From contig CAXWPL010000004.1 in the NCBI GenBank assembly GCA_963666215.2, positions 384,001 to 448,000 on the forward strand: a DNA stretch of 64,000 nt. The letters run 5' to 3'. Positions 49,680 through 59,758 of this stretch are shown here, piece after piece. Within the stretch, counting starts at the first letter, position 1, and the number at the start of each line of letters is the position of its first letter. A program made the translations under genes and the position numbers. The notes under the pieces were generated by a model. That model made no database searches, had not been told where the DNA came from, and worked only from the letters and a program-made list of their open reading frames with translations. This DNA is from Acidobacteriota bacterium (GTDB lineage: Bacteria; Acidobacteriota; UBA890; WLXD01).

Positions 49680-52538
49680 ATGCCCGACATGCCCCGATTC
49701 GTCGTCGACAACTCCCCGATCGAGTTCGAGGAGGGACAGACCGTGCTCGAGGCGATGCTGCGCGCCGGGCGTCGGCCCACCGGCGGCGGCTGCCTGTGTG
49801 CCGCGGGCGACTGCCCACATTGCCTGGCCACGGTCGACGGGGTGGCCTACGTGCGTACCTGCCAAACCCCGGCGCGCGCCGGCATGGTGGTCGCGAGCGA
49901 GCACGCGGACGGTGCTCCTCCGCCGCTACCCCTTGGCGAGCCGGCCAGCGAGCCTGACCCCGGGGGCGTGCCCGTGCGATACGTGCACTGCGACGTTGTT
50001 GTGGTGGGCCAGGGTGAGTCCGGCCGCGCGGCGGCGGCCGAAGTCGACGCGGAGCCGGGCGACAAGACTCTCCTGGCTTTCGACGCGCGCCGGGGAGAAG
50101 AAGTCATCGGCATCTATCCGGGTCCGCTGGTTGTCGTGCGGACACCGGGCGGCATGGTGCACGTGCATCCTGCCGATCCCGCGACACGGATGGAGATTGT
50201 CGTCGCCACCGGCGCTGCCGAGATCCAGCCAGTGGCGCCAGGCAACGAGCTCAACGGAATCGTCACCGCGCGCGCCGCCGAGCGCCTCGCTGCTGCCGGA
50301 GTCGACCTCGGCAGAATCGTCGCCATCGGGACGCCCCCCTCCGGCGTCGGCGCGACGGCCGTCACGGGAGAGCTCGTCCGGTTCGAGGGAAACGGCGGCA
50401 ACGGAAACAGTCGAGTCGACGCGGTTGTTGTCGCGAGCTCCAACGGCGTGGAGCGCCGCGTCGAGTGCGACACGGTGAGCGTCGGACTCGGACTCTACCC
50501 ACGCGACGCGCTGGCACGCATGGCGAACGGCATTGGCGGTCTCGAGGTGCGCGTGGTCGGCGACGCGGCGTTGCCGGCCTACGTTCCACCGTGCCCCAGG
50601 GAAGGCGTCGTATGCCCGTGCTCGGCGATCACCGTCGAGCACCTCGACCAGGTTTGGAGCCGCGGCTTCCGCGAGATGGAGCTGCTCAAGCGGGCGACGC
50701 TCGCCGGCACGGGCACGTGCCAGGGCTCGGTCTGCATCCCCTACCTGCGCAGCTTCCTCGCCGACCGGGGTGAGGAGCTACAGCCACCGTTTACCGCCAG
50801 ACCGCTCACCAAGCAGCGGACCATCGGCGAGATCGCCGCCGGGGCCTATCACCACGCCACGCCGCGCACCGCCCTGGACGGCGAACATCGTCGCCTTGGG
50901 GCGCAGATGGAACGCGCCGGCGGTTGGTACCGGCCGTGGAGCTACGGTTCGTTCGACGAGGAATATCAGGCGGTACGCCAGGCGGTGTCGATTGGTGACG
51001 TCAGCACGCTCGGCAAGATGCTGGTTTCGGGCCCCGACGCTCTGGAGTTCCTGGAACGCCTGTATCCAACGAAAGTAGCGACGCTGAAACCGGGGCGCTC
51101 GCGGTACGCACTGCTGCTCGACGAGCGCGGATACGTGTTCGACGACGGACTCGTGTGCCGCGACGAGTGCGCGCAGGGCGAGCTGCGCTTCCGTCTCACC
51201 TTCACCAGCGCCGGCGCCACGATGGCCGAGCTGTGGATGCGCTACTGGGCCGACCTGTGGGAGCTCGACGTGCGGCTCATGAACCAGACGATGTCGCTGG
51301 GCGCCATCAACGTCACCGGACCACGTGCCGCGGAGTTGCTGGAGAGAGCCCGGGCCACCACGCTGCCGGCCTTCGGGGCACACGAACGGGTGAGCGTTGC
51401 CGGGGTGGACTGCCGCGTCTATCGCCTGAGCTTCACCGGCGAGCTATCGTACGAGCTGCACCACGCGGCTGCCGACTCGGTGCGCCTGTGGCGGGCTCTG
51501 CTCGAGCTCGGTCGGGACCTCGGCTGCAAACCGCACGGGCTCGATGCGTTGTTCCGTTTGCGCCTGGAGAAGGGCCACATCATTGTCGGGCAAGACACCG
51601 ACTACGACTCGACGGCGCGGCGCCTGCACCATGACTGGGCTGTGAAGCTCGACAAGGACGACTTCGTCGGCAAGCTCTCGGTGCAGCGCACGAATCGCTT
51701 CGAGCTCGACCGCCAGCTCGTCGGCCTCGAGATGGAGAGCCCAGCGCCAATCGAGGGCGCGGTGATCTACGGCGGCACCGGATACGTCGGCAACGTGACG
51801 TCGAGCACATACTCGTTGGTGCTCGGCAAGGCCGTCATGTTGGGCTGGGTCAACACCCTCGATGAGGACGGCACGCTGCCAAAGGAGGTAACGATCGGCG
51901 GCCGACCCGCTCGCCTCGCGACGCTGCCCTTCTACGATCCTGAGGGCATGCGTGCACGCACCGACGTGCCGCCGATTCGGCGCTCCCCGTCGAGCACCGA
52001 GCGCAGTGGGGCCGCCGAGGGCGATGGGATCACAGAATCCGTCCCACCGCACGCCCCAACCACCCCTACGTCCATCGGCCAACGCACGTTCGAATCCGTC
52101 GTCTTCACGCGCGTGGTCGCCACCGAAACAGCGATCGATCAAGCGCTGGCAGCACTGGACCCCGAAATTCTGAGCCTACGAACTGCACCCGATGAAGCCC
52201 TCGTCGCCGCGGAGCTTCCTCCAGGACAGCTCGCCGACCGACACGCCATCGTCGAGCCCGAGACGAGCTTCGCCGCGGCCTGGTTCCCAGCCGACGAAGC
52301 GGCGGCGATTCTCGAGGCGACCTGCGAATGGTTGCGGCCAACCCAGCGTCCAGCGTTCGCTCAAGGGGCGGTAGCGGGACTTCCGGTGAGGCTGTGGCTC
52401 GAGGCGGACCGTGTGCTGTTCGTCGTTCCGACGGCGTACGTGCGCGATCTGGAGCAACGAATTGGCTTGCTGCCCGCGACGGGCTCGAGGCCACCCGCGA
52501 CGAGGTCCACCCCGGGAGAGGCGGGAGCGACCTCATGA
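49680..52538 (+). CDS. Sarcosine oxidase alpha-like subunit (2Fe-2S + BFD-like + GcvT domains) with a C-terminal gamma-like domain
   Basis: CLCAAGDCPHC..RTC; CPC..GTGTCQGSVC; DVSTLGK, DDG, RLSFTGELSYE, LRLEKGH; linker followed by about 140 extra aa. Confidence 0.85.
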   Translation: MPDMPRFVVDNSPIEFEEGQTVLEAMLRAGRRPTGGGCLCAAGDCPHCLATVDGVAYVRTCQTPARAGMVVASEHADGAPPPLPLGEPASEPDPGGVPVRYVHCDVVVVGQGESGRAAAAEVDAEPGDKTLLAFDARRGEEVIGIYPGPLVVVRTPGGMVHVHPADPATRMEIVVATGAAEIQPVAPGNELNGIVTARAAERLAAAGVDLGRIVAIGTPPSGVGATAVTGELVRFEGNGGNGNSRVDAVVVASSNGVERRVECDTVSVGLGLYPRDALARMANGIGGLEVRVVGDAALPAYVPPCPREGVVCPCSAITVEHLDQVWSRGFREMELLKRATLAGTGTCQGSVCIPYLRSFLADRGEELQPPFTARPLTKQRTIGEIAAGAYHHATPRTALDGEHRRLGAQMERAGGWYRPWSYGSFDEEYQAVRQAVSIGDVSTLGKMLVSGPDALEFLERLYPTKVATLKPGRSRYALLLDERGYVFDDGLVCRDECAQGELRFRLTFTSAGATMAELWMRYWADLWELDVRLMNQTMSLGAINVTGPRAAELLERARATTLPAFGAHERVSVAGVDCRVYRLSFTGELSYELHHAAADSVRLWRALLELGRDLGCKPHGLDALFRLRLEKGHIIVGQDTDYDSTARRLHHDWAVKLDKDDFVGKLSVQRTNRFELDRQLVGLEMESPAPIEGAVIYGGTGYVGNVTSSTYSLVLGKAVMLGWVNTLDEDGTLPKEVTIGGRPARLATLPFYDPEGMRARTDVPPIRRSPSSTERSGAAEGDGITESVPPHAPTTPTSIGQRTFESVVFTRVVATETAIDQALAALDPEILSLRTAPDEALVAAELPPGQLADRHAIVEPETSFAAAWFPADEAAAILEATCEWLRPTQRPAFAQGAVAGLPVRLWLEADRVLFVVPTAYVRDLEQRIGLLPATGSRPPATRSTPGEAGATS

Positions 52539-53743
52539 ACGAATACATGGAGCAGAAGGTCGAGCTTCGCTGGCACTCGCCGAAGAAGCGCTACGACGTC
52601 GTGATCATCGGCGGCGGCGGGCACGGCTTGGCCACCGCCTACTACCTCGCCACACGACACGGCATCACCAATGTTGCGGTTCTCGAGCGCAAGTACATTG
52701 GCGGCGGCAACTCGGGGCGCAACACGACGATCATCCGCGCCAACTACGGCATCCCCGAGGCCGTGCGGTTTTATCAGCGCAGCGTCGATCTCTATGCCGC
52801 GCTCAGCAGCGAGACCGACCGCCACCTGATGCACAAGCAGAAGGGCAACGTCTGGATCACACACAGCGAGCCTGGCGTGAGAGCCGAAAGAGCTCGCGCC
52901 GAGATCAACAACGCTTTCGGCGCCAAGACGGAGTACGTCACGCCCGAGGAGATCCAGAAGATTTGCCCGCAAATCGACCTCAGCGGCGGTGGCCACTGGC
53001 CGGTGATGGGCGGCAGCTACCATCCGGCTGCGGCGACTGCCCGCCACGATCGTGTGGTGTGGGCGCTGGCCGAGGGCGCCAACCGGCTGGGCGCTCACAT
53101 TCACCAGAGAACCGAGGTCACGGGCCTCACCGTCGAAGCGGGCCGCATCACCGGCGTCGAAACCAACACCGGCCCGATTGCCGCGGGCGCCGTGCTCTCG
53201 GCCGTGGGCGGCCACGTGACGAACATCGCCTCGATGGCCGGGTTGAGGATTCCAATCCACACGCATCCTCTGCAGGCGTTTGTCACCAACCACTACGCGC
53301 AGGGCTTCGATCCGATCGTCACTTCCACCGACCTGCTGTTCTACGTGTCTCAGACAGCGCGTGGCGAGATGCTGCTGGGCGCCGAGATCGATCGGCAGCC
53401 GAGCTACTCCTACCAGTCGGGGCACGCCTTCCTGCGCGATTGTGCGTTTCGGGCTCTCACCCTCTTGCCCTTCCTGCGCAATCTGAGAGTTCTCCGCCAG
53501 TGGACCGGCGTTTGCGACATGTCGCCCGACTACTCGCCGATCCTCGGAAAGACCGACGTCGAGGGTTTCTACCTGAGCACCGGCTGGGGAACCTGGGGCT
53601 TCAAGGCCATCCCGGCCAGCGGCGAGCAACTGGCCAAGCTGATCGCCGATGGGACGACACCTGAGCTCATCGCCCCCTTTGCCCTCGACCGCTTCGCTCG
53701 CGACCGCCTCATGGCCGATCGCGGCTCCGCCGGGACCCACTGA
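52535..53743 (+). CDS. soxB: Sarcosine oxidase beta-like FAD subunit
   Basis: IIGGGGHGLATAYYLA..HGITNVAVLE..GGGNSGRNTTIIRANY, GWGTWGFKA. Confidence 0.9.
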   Translation: MNEYMEQKVELRWHSPKKRYDVVIIGGGGHGLATAYYLATRHGITNVAVLERKYIGGGNSGRNTTIIRANYGIPEAVRFYQRSVDLYAALSSETDRHLMHKQKGNVWITHSEPGVRAERARAEINNAFGAKTEYVTPEEIQKICPQIDLSGGGHWPVMGGSYHPAAATARHDRVVWALAEGANRLGAHIHQRTEVTGLTVEAGRITGVETNTGPIAAGAVLSAVGGHVTNIASMAGLRIPIHTHPLQAFVTNHYAQGFDPIVTSTDLLFYVSQTARGEMLLGAEIDRQPSYSYQSGHAFLRDCAFRALTLLPFLRNLRVLRQWTGVCDMSPDYSPILGKTDVEGFYLSTGWGTWGFKAIPASGEQLAKLIADGTTPELIAPFALDRFARDRLMADRGSAGTH

Positions 53744-53795
53744 GAATGGGCCTTTCGAAGAACGCTCGCGAAAACACGGAAGTGCTGGCGCCTAG

Positions 53796-54032
53796 GTGAG
53801 CATCCAGATCCCCTGTCCGCATTGCGGCGTCCGTCCGCTCGAAGAGTTCCTGTACAAGGAGCTCCCCAACGTGCCCGAAACCATCACCAATCCGGAGGCC
53901 CGCGATTTCGACCGCGCCTTCATGCAGGCCAACCCGGAGGGACCGGTCCGCGAACGCTGGTTCCACGCCCACGGTTGCCGCCGCTGGGTCACGATCGGTC
54001 GCGACACGAGAGACGAGACGATCCTCGAGTGA
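53796..54032 (+). CDS. soxD: Sarcosine oxidase delta-like subunit
   Basis: IPCPHCG.R..EEF, NPEG..ERWFHAHGCRRW..RDT. Confidence 0.9.
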   Translation: MSIQIPCPHCGVRPLEEFLYKELPNVPETITNPEARDFDRAFMQANPEGPVRERWFHAHGCRRWVTIGRDTRDETILE

Positions 54033-54658
54033 TCGAGATTGAGGCGCCGTGCACAAACGGGTGCTCGCGCTTCGGCCGTTGATCTCGGCGGCGGTCGGCA
54101 AGGACCCCGGCTTCTGATCTCGAGTGCATCGGCGCCGCGGTACCACACTTCGGCCGGCCCGGAGGCGTCTTGCCCGGAATCTTGGGAATCGCGACGTCGG
54201 CGGACAAATAGTAACGCCGCAACATCTCCCAGCCTCTGGCAACGGCTTGGTCGCGGAAGGAGCTCGGCGATCGTCGAGCACCCCAATGTGGTCGTGGCGA
54301 CGCGACCCGCCGGGCCCGCGCATCCGCTACGGCGGACGTCCGCGCGAGCGTCGACCGCGGCCATGGCCGGCCTGGCGCGAGCGCAGCCCGCCATGAGTGG
54401 CCAGGCGCGCCCCACGGAGGTGACTCGCGGGGCCGCGAGGGGGGACAACGGCGGCCTCACAGAACCCCGAGAGCACGTCCCTGGTAGGCGGCGGACAGGT
54501 TGTCTGTTCTTGGGTAAGAGAGAACTAGTTTAACTGTGTTTATGTGCTTGCTCATATCCATCGAGATGTCGTCAAATGGGCTCAACCGTTCATTTCACAC
54601 AGCGCCAGGGTGGCTGGCTCGACGCTGATTTGTCGAAGCGGATGTCTAGGAGGCACCC

Positions 54659-56094
54659 ATGAAGAACTTCATCGATGGATCGGGAGAGCGCGGTACCGGG
54701 CTCTTGTTCGCTCTCATCGCCTCGGCCGTTGTTGCGGCCGTTGCTTTCAGCATGTCGACCTCGGGACTGCTCGACATGACGATTTCCGACAACTATCGGT
54801 CGCATACGGCGGCGTTCTACGTCGCCGACGCGGGCGTTGAGCAGACGCTCATCGACTTCAAGGTCGACACCGACTGGATCGGCGATCTGATCGACCTGGA
54901 GACGATGGAGTTGCAGGTGCCGGGGCCGACGACGATCAACGTCAACGGGAATGCGATTCAGATCCAGCTCGATACCGACGGGAACGTTGTGCCCATGTTC
55001 TACCCGATGGGTTCCGCTACAGCGCTAGGAGACGGGACCTACTCTCGTGAGGTCTACCTGCCTCCGGCCATCACTTTCCCGTGTGAAGGCCCGGACGAGG
55101 GATCGGGCTCCGGCTCAGGCTCCGGATCCGGCTCAGGTTCAGGCTCCGGCTCCGGATCGGCCGATGCGGCCGATGCCTCCGTTGCGGCCGTTGCCGACAA
55201 CGGGTCCTCCAGCGACAGCGGGTCCTCCAGCGGCAGCGGGTCATCCAGCGACAGCGGCAGTGGGTCGGGCTCGGGTAGTGGGAGCCCCTTCAATCCGTGT
55301 GTGGATCCTGGCAGTGGTTCGAGCTCCGGTAGTGGCGGTTCGAGCTCCGGCAGTGGCGGTTCGAGCTCCGGTAGTGGCGGTTCGAGCTCCGGCAGTGGCG
55401 GTTCGAGCTCCAGCAGTTGCGGTTCGAGCTCCAGCATGGCGGGAGCTCCAGACTACGTTCCGAGGAGCTCGTCGCTCGCGAGTCGCTCTCCCGGTTCCTC
55501 ATGGCCACGCCTCCCGAGAAGGCAAAGGTTTGCCACCTACCCGGTGGGGGCGCCAACGGCAAGACCATGAGCTTGAGCTCCGGCGCGGCCGCGATTCACC
55601 TCGTTAGGCACGCGAATGACCACGGCGGATCCTGCGGTTCGAGCTCCAGCAGTTGCGGTTCGAGCTCGGGTTCGAGCGAGGAGCTCGCCTTCCTGGAAGA
55701 CTACGCCGAGTCGCTCGCGTTCTCCCGGTTCCTCATGGCCACGCCTCCCGAGAAGGCAAAGGTTTGCCACCTACCCGGTGGGGGCGCCAACGGCAAGACC
55801 ATGAGCTTGAGCTCCGGCGCGGCCGCGATTCACCTCGTTAGGCACGCGAATGACCACGGCGGATCCTGCACCCACGTCGAGCTCGGCAGGAGCAGGTCTG
55901 GGCGTAGCAGCAGCGAGCCTGTGGATGGGAGCTGGGAAATGACTGTCCCTGCCCACGTCCAGCTTCTCGTGCGCAGCAGCGGCACGATCGGCGAATCCTC
56001 GACGCGAATCGAGGCCAACTTGATCTACGTGCTGAGCCCGATCGACCAGCAGGTCGAGGACATCATGGTTTCGAACTGGCGGCAAAGCCACTAG
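54659..56094 (+). CDS. PilX-like pilus assembly protein with Ser/Gly low-complexity region and duplicated His/Cys domain; frameshift near 55435-55480
   Basis: ERGTGLLFALI..AFYVADAGVE (PilX N-terminus); C-terminal VRSSG..RIEA..VSNWRQ lies in another frame. Confidence 0.7.
55316..55435 (+). repeat. 21-bp tandem repeat (about 5.7 copies) encoding GSSSGSG
   Basis: ggttcgagctccggyagtggc units. Confidence 0.9.
55487..55869 (+). repeat. Exact 149-bp direct repeat (55487-55635 and 55721-55869)
   Basis: Both encode SRFLMATPPEKAKVCHLPGGGANGKTMSLSSGAAAIHLVRHANDHGGSC. Confidence 0.92.
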
Positions 56095-56119
56095 GCCAGA
56101 CCGTACCGGAGTAAAGCAC

Positions 56120-56592
56120 ATGCCCTCGCATCGGAGTCGACGCCCAACTCGAGTATCGACGTCCGGGGTGGCTATCGCCGCCCCGGCCGGTCGACTCGGC
56201 CCGACCGCGCGAGCCAGCGATGGCTTCAGCCTGATCGAGGCGATGGTGGCGATGACGGTGTTGACGATCGTGGTGCTGGGGCTGGCACAGGTGGTCGGCG
56301 TGGGCATCGTCTCCGACAAGGCGTCCTACGACGTCACGGTCGCGACCGCCGAGGCCGCAGCGAAGCTCGAGGAGCTGCGCTCGAGCGAGTTCTGGGCGTT
56401 GATGCCGGGCGGCTCCCTCGACTCTGACGTGGCGGGTTACTCCGACAATATCGACACGAACGCCGACGGCGCCTCTGGCAGATCGCCAACATACTGGGAG
56501 GTAAACAACTGGAGGTCCGCGTGACCTCTTACCTGACAAGTGTCGGGCCACCCAAGAGCGCCTCGATGTCAACGGTGGTGGCCGAGCGATGA
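56120..56592 (+). CDS. PilV-like prepilin; frameshift or deletion near 56500
   Basis: GFSLIEAMVAM; alternative-frame tail EVRVTSYL..TVVAER ends at a TGA overlapping the next ATG. Confidence 0.75.
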
Positions 56593-57251
56593 GAGACGAA
56601 CGTGGCTTCTCGCTGATGGAGATGTTGGTTGCCTCGCTGGTCATGGCCCTGACAACGGCCGGGTTCCTGGCCTGGTTCGGCCAGAGCCTCGGGTTCTATG
56701 AGCGGCACACCGACAATTCCGCCCTGCGGCAAGAGGCTCGGATCGTGCTGTCCAGAATGGCAACAGAGTTCCGCGCCGCGGGCTACGAGATCGGCAATTT
56801 GACCGACGGCGTCACGATCGCGAGCTCGACCCAACTCCAGATCGTCGGCGACATCGACGACAGCGACCCGACGGGGCCCTGCGACGCCGCCGCGGAAGGC
56901 GCAACCAACGGTGGTGCCGAGCGCGTGACCTATGCGCTCGAGGGCACGATGTTGCGCCGCACCGTCGACTGCTGGACCGGGGCGGGTTGGCTGGTCGGCA
57001 TGCAGGACAACATCATGCTCACGAAGCTCGTTGCCGGAGAGAGGTTGTTCGACTACTACGACGCCTCCGGGACTTCTCTGCCCACCGACGCGGGCCCGCT
57101 AACCGGCATGATCGGCGACGTACGGTTGATCGAGACCACGCTCCATCTGATCGATACCGAAGCCACCGTCGTCGTCGGCGAGGGACCGCCTGAGTTCAAT
57201 CTGAGCCGTTTCGTGCGCCTCAATAATCTCGAAACGATTGACGACACATGA
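56589..57251 (+). CDS. PilW-like prepilin
   Basis: ERGFSLMEMLVA, EFRAAGY, ERVTYAL, VRLNN. Confidence 0.85.
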   Translation: MRDERGFSLMEMLVASLVMALTTAGFLAWFGQSLGFYERHTDNSALRQEARIVLSRMATEFRAAGYEIGNLTDGVTIASSTQLQIVGDIDDSDPTGPCDAAAEGATNGGAERVTYALEGTMLRRTVDCWTGAGWLVGMQDNIMLTKLVAGERLFDYYDASGTSLPTDAGPLTGMIGDVRLIETTLHLIDTEATVVVGEGPPEFNLSRFVRLNNLETIDDT

Positions 57252-58183
57252 AATCTCCGCGGCTTCTTCGATGCGACTGTGGACTCGTCGCCAAGATCAT
57301 CTTGATGATCTGCGTGAGCCTGGAGCTCCTGTTCTTCACACTCGACTACCACGTCAACTACGCGGGAGGCGCCGAGAGCTCCGCGATCCGTCGCCTCTTC
57401 GACACGGCACTGGAGAGCAGCCTGCCGGCGTGGTTCTCGATCATGCAGACGGCAATGGTGGCGTTGACCTTGTGGCTGGTCTACGTCGTCGTACGAGCGA
57501 CGCAGTCACGCGGCAAGCGCGCCGGATGGCTCGCTCGCGCCCTCTTCTTCAGCTACCTGGCCTTCGACGACGGCGCACACATCCACGAGAGAGTCGGTAC
57601 CGCCTACCACGAGATCTACTCGGCGAGTGCGGTGGCAGGCGGCTTCGGGGCGTGGACGCTCGATCTGTTTCCGAGCTACCGCTGGCAGATTGTCTTCATG
57701 CCGATCTTCGCCGCCATGGGGCTGTTCATGCTGGTATTCCTGCTGCGCGAGCTGCGCGGCCGCGGACCGAAGGTGGGATTGCTGGTCGCGCTCGGATGCC
57801 TCTCGACAGCCGTAGGACTGGATTTCTTGAAGGGACTCCAGCCGCAACATGCCCTCAACCCCTACACCGCGATCATGAACACATGGCACCTCGACTACTG
57901 GGTGGCGCGGACCTTCGAAAGCTCCACCTATTCGACTTTGCTTCACTTTTCGAGGTCGATCGAAGAGTGCATCGAGATGTTCGCCATGACCCTGCTGTGG
58001 TTCATCTTCGTGGGCCATTTGGGTCGAGTGTCGAAAGGCGTGTCGTTCGAGTTTGTCGAGGGAGGGCATGGCGAGCTCCACGCGGACGCGGTGCCAGCGC
58101 CCGAGACGGCCGAGTCCGTCAGGCAAGCTGTGGCACGCTCACTCAACAATGGACCGTCCGGGGTCGTCGTCAGCCCAGTCTGA
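57248..58183 (+). CDS. Hypothetical multi-pass membrane protein
   Basis: ESSLPAWFS, YLAFDDGAHIHER, IEECIEM; about 7 TMs. Confidence 0.7.
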   Translation: MKSPRLLRCDCGLVAKIILMICVSLELLFFTLDYHVNYAGGAESSAIRRLFDTALESSLPAWFSIMQTAMVALTLWLVYVVVRATQSRGKRAGWLARALFFSYLAFDDGAHIHERVGTAYHEIYSASAVAGGFGAWTLDLFPSYRWQIVFMPIFAAMGLFMLVFLLRELRGRGPKVGLLVALGCLSTAVGLDFLKGLQPQHALNPYTAIMNTWHLDYWVARTFESSTYSTLLHFSRSIEECIEMFAMTLLWFIFVGHLGRVSKGVSFEFVEGGHGELHADAVPAPETAESVRQAVARSLNNGPSGVVVSPV

Positions 58184-58269
58184 CAAAGGCGTTTCGACGC
58201 GCGTGGCACCGCAGCTCCAGGGCCAGAGCATTCGTTGCTGTCTCTCCGAGCACAGTTCCACAAGAGCTC

Positions 58270-58298
58270 TTGACATAACGTACGTTAATACGTACGCT
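58270..58298 (+). promoter_or_regulatory. Sigma70 promoter with YefM-type operator; probably leaderless mRNA
   Basis: TTGACA-N17-TACGCT; CGTACG palindromes at 58279 and 58291 (12-bp period); ATG 6 nt after the -10. Confidence 0.75.
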
Positions 58299-58304
58299 TA
58301 TGCA

Positions 58305-58547
58305 ATGAAGAACATCAACGCTACGGAAGCTCGCAAGCAGCTCTATCGCCTTCTCGATGAGGTCACCGTGAGCAGCGAGCCTGTGCAGATCACCGGCAAA
58401 CGCAGCAATGCGGTGCTCCTTTCCGAAGACGATTGGCTGGCCCTGCAGGAAACCGTCTATCTCCTGTCGATTCCAGGGATGCGCGAATCGATCAGGGAGA
58501 GTCTCGCAACCCAGCTCGAGGACTGTGCCGAAGAGCTCGATTGGTGA
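58305..58547 (+). CDS. Phd/YefM antitoxin
   Basis: INATEARKQLYRLLDEV..AVLLSEDDW..ETVYLLSIPGM. Confidence 0.92.
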   Translation: MKNINATEARKQLYRLLDEVTVSSEPVQITGKRSNAVLLSEDDWLALQETVYLLSIPGMRESIRESLATQLEDCAEELDW

Positions 58548-58810
58548 GGCCCTGGCGCCTGGTGTTCACCCATCAGGCGCAGAAAGACGCCCGGAAGTTG
58601 GCGCACTCCGGTCTGAAGCCGAAGGCGGAGTTCCTGCTTTCGATTCTGCGAGTCGATCCCCTCAGGACGCCGCCTCGGTTCGAGAAGCTGGTAGGCGATC
58701 TCGAAGGGGCCTATTCCAGAAGAATCAACGTGCAGCACAGGCTCGTCTACCAAGTGTTGGATGGAGAACGGACCGTCAAGATCTTGCGGCTGTGGACCCA
58801 CTACGAGTGA
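58544..58810 (+). CDS. Txe/YoeB toxin
   Basis: EKLVGDLEGAYSRRINVQHRLVY..LWTHYE. Confidence 0.93.
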   Translation: MRPWRLVFTHQAQKDARKLAHSGLKPKAEFLLSILRVDPLRTPPRFEKLVGDLEGAYSRRINVQHRLVYQVLDGERTVKILRLWTHYE

Positions 58811-59743
58811 TTCGCGGGCGAGTTCGCCGACACGTTCGGTCCGGGCAAGCACACGCTCATCACCGACAACATCCCGGTCCTGACCCGGCTCAAGTCGTGG
58901 AAGTACGGCCTCGTCTCGCCGTTCAAGGCCGACGTCTTTTTCGTGAACACGCGGCTCTTCACGGGCAACAAGTGGGGCACCTCCAACCCGATCATGATGC
59001 GCGACGAGGACTTCGGCATCGTGCTGGCGCGGGCGTTCGGCACCTACGATTTCCGTATCACCGACGTGAAGGCGTTCATCCGCGAGGTAGCGGGCGCCGA
59101 CCGCGACTTCCGGCTCGAAGAATTCAGCGACACGATGCGCTCCCGCGTTGTGAGTGTGTTCAGCGACGCGCTGGCCACGTCCGAGATCCCCGTTCTCGAC
59201 GCGTCGATGAAGTACACCGAGCTTGGCGACGCTCTGTTGCCGCTGATCAATCCGGTGGTGTCGTCGAAGTACGGACTCGAGCTCACGAGCTTTGTGGTGG
59301 AGAACGTCTCGCTGCCTCCGGAAGTGGAAGAGGCCATCGACAAGCGCTCCAGCATGGCCGCCGTCGGCAACCTCAACGACTACGTCAAGTTCCAGCTCGG
59401 CAAGGGCATGGAGGCTGGCGGCAGCTCGGGCGGCATGGCCACCGAAATGGCCGTTGGTTTCGCCATGGCGCAGCAGATCGTGCAGCAGCAGGGCGCGGGG
59501 CTTCTTGGTGGCGCGGCGCCTGCGACAGCAGCAAGCCCGGCGGCAGCAGCGAGTGGGACGGCTGTGGCGGCGGCCGTCACCATGCTTCCCGACCTGATGA
59601 AGCCGGACGACGTTGCGGCCGCTCTGGGAGTGAGCTTGGACGATGTCATGGCGATCCTGGGGTCGGGCGAGCTCAAGGCCAAGAAAATCGGCTCGACGTT
59701 CCGCATTCGTCGATCCGATCTCGACGCCTTTCTGGGGAGCTAG
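58811..59743 (+). pseudogene. SPFH-domain protein with C-terminal excisionase-like HTH; 5' end missing
   Basis: Reading frame FAGEFADTFGPGKHTL..SPFKADVFFVNTR..KWGT begins right after the yoeB stop with no start codon; C-terminal LKAKKIGSTFRIRR. Confidence 0.8.
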
Positions 59744-59758
59744 CAGGCCGAGCTCTCG

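Noticed and set aside
54033-54658. Long intergenic region before the pilin cluster as a riboswitch or ncRNA
   Set aside because: No recognisable c-di-GMP or other riboswitch consensus by eye; an Rfam/Infernal scan would be needed.
55100-55869. Repeats as a CRISPR array or DGR template/variable pair
   Set aside because: Units are codon-phased tandem repeats without spacers; the 149-bp copies are identical with no adenine-specific changes; no cas or reverse transcriptase gene is present.
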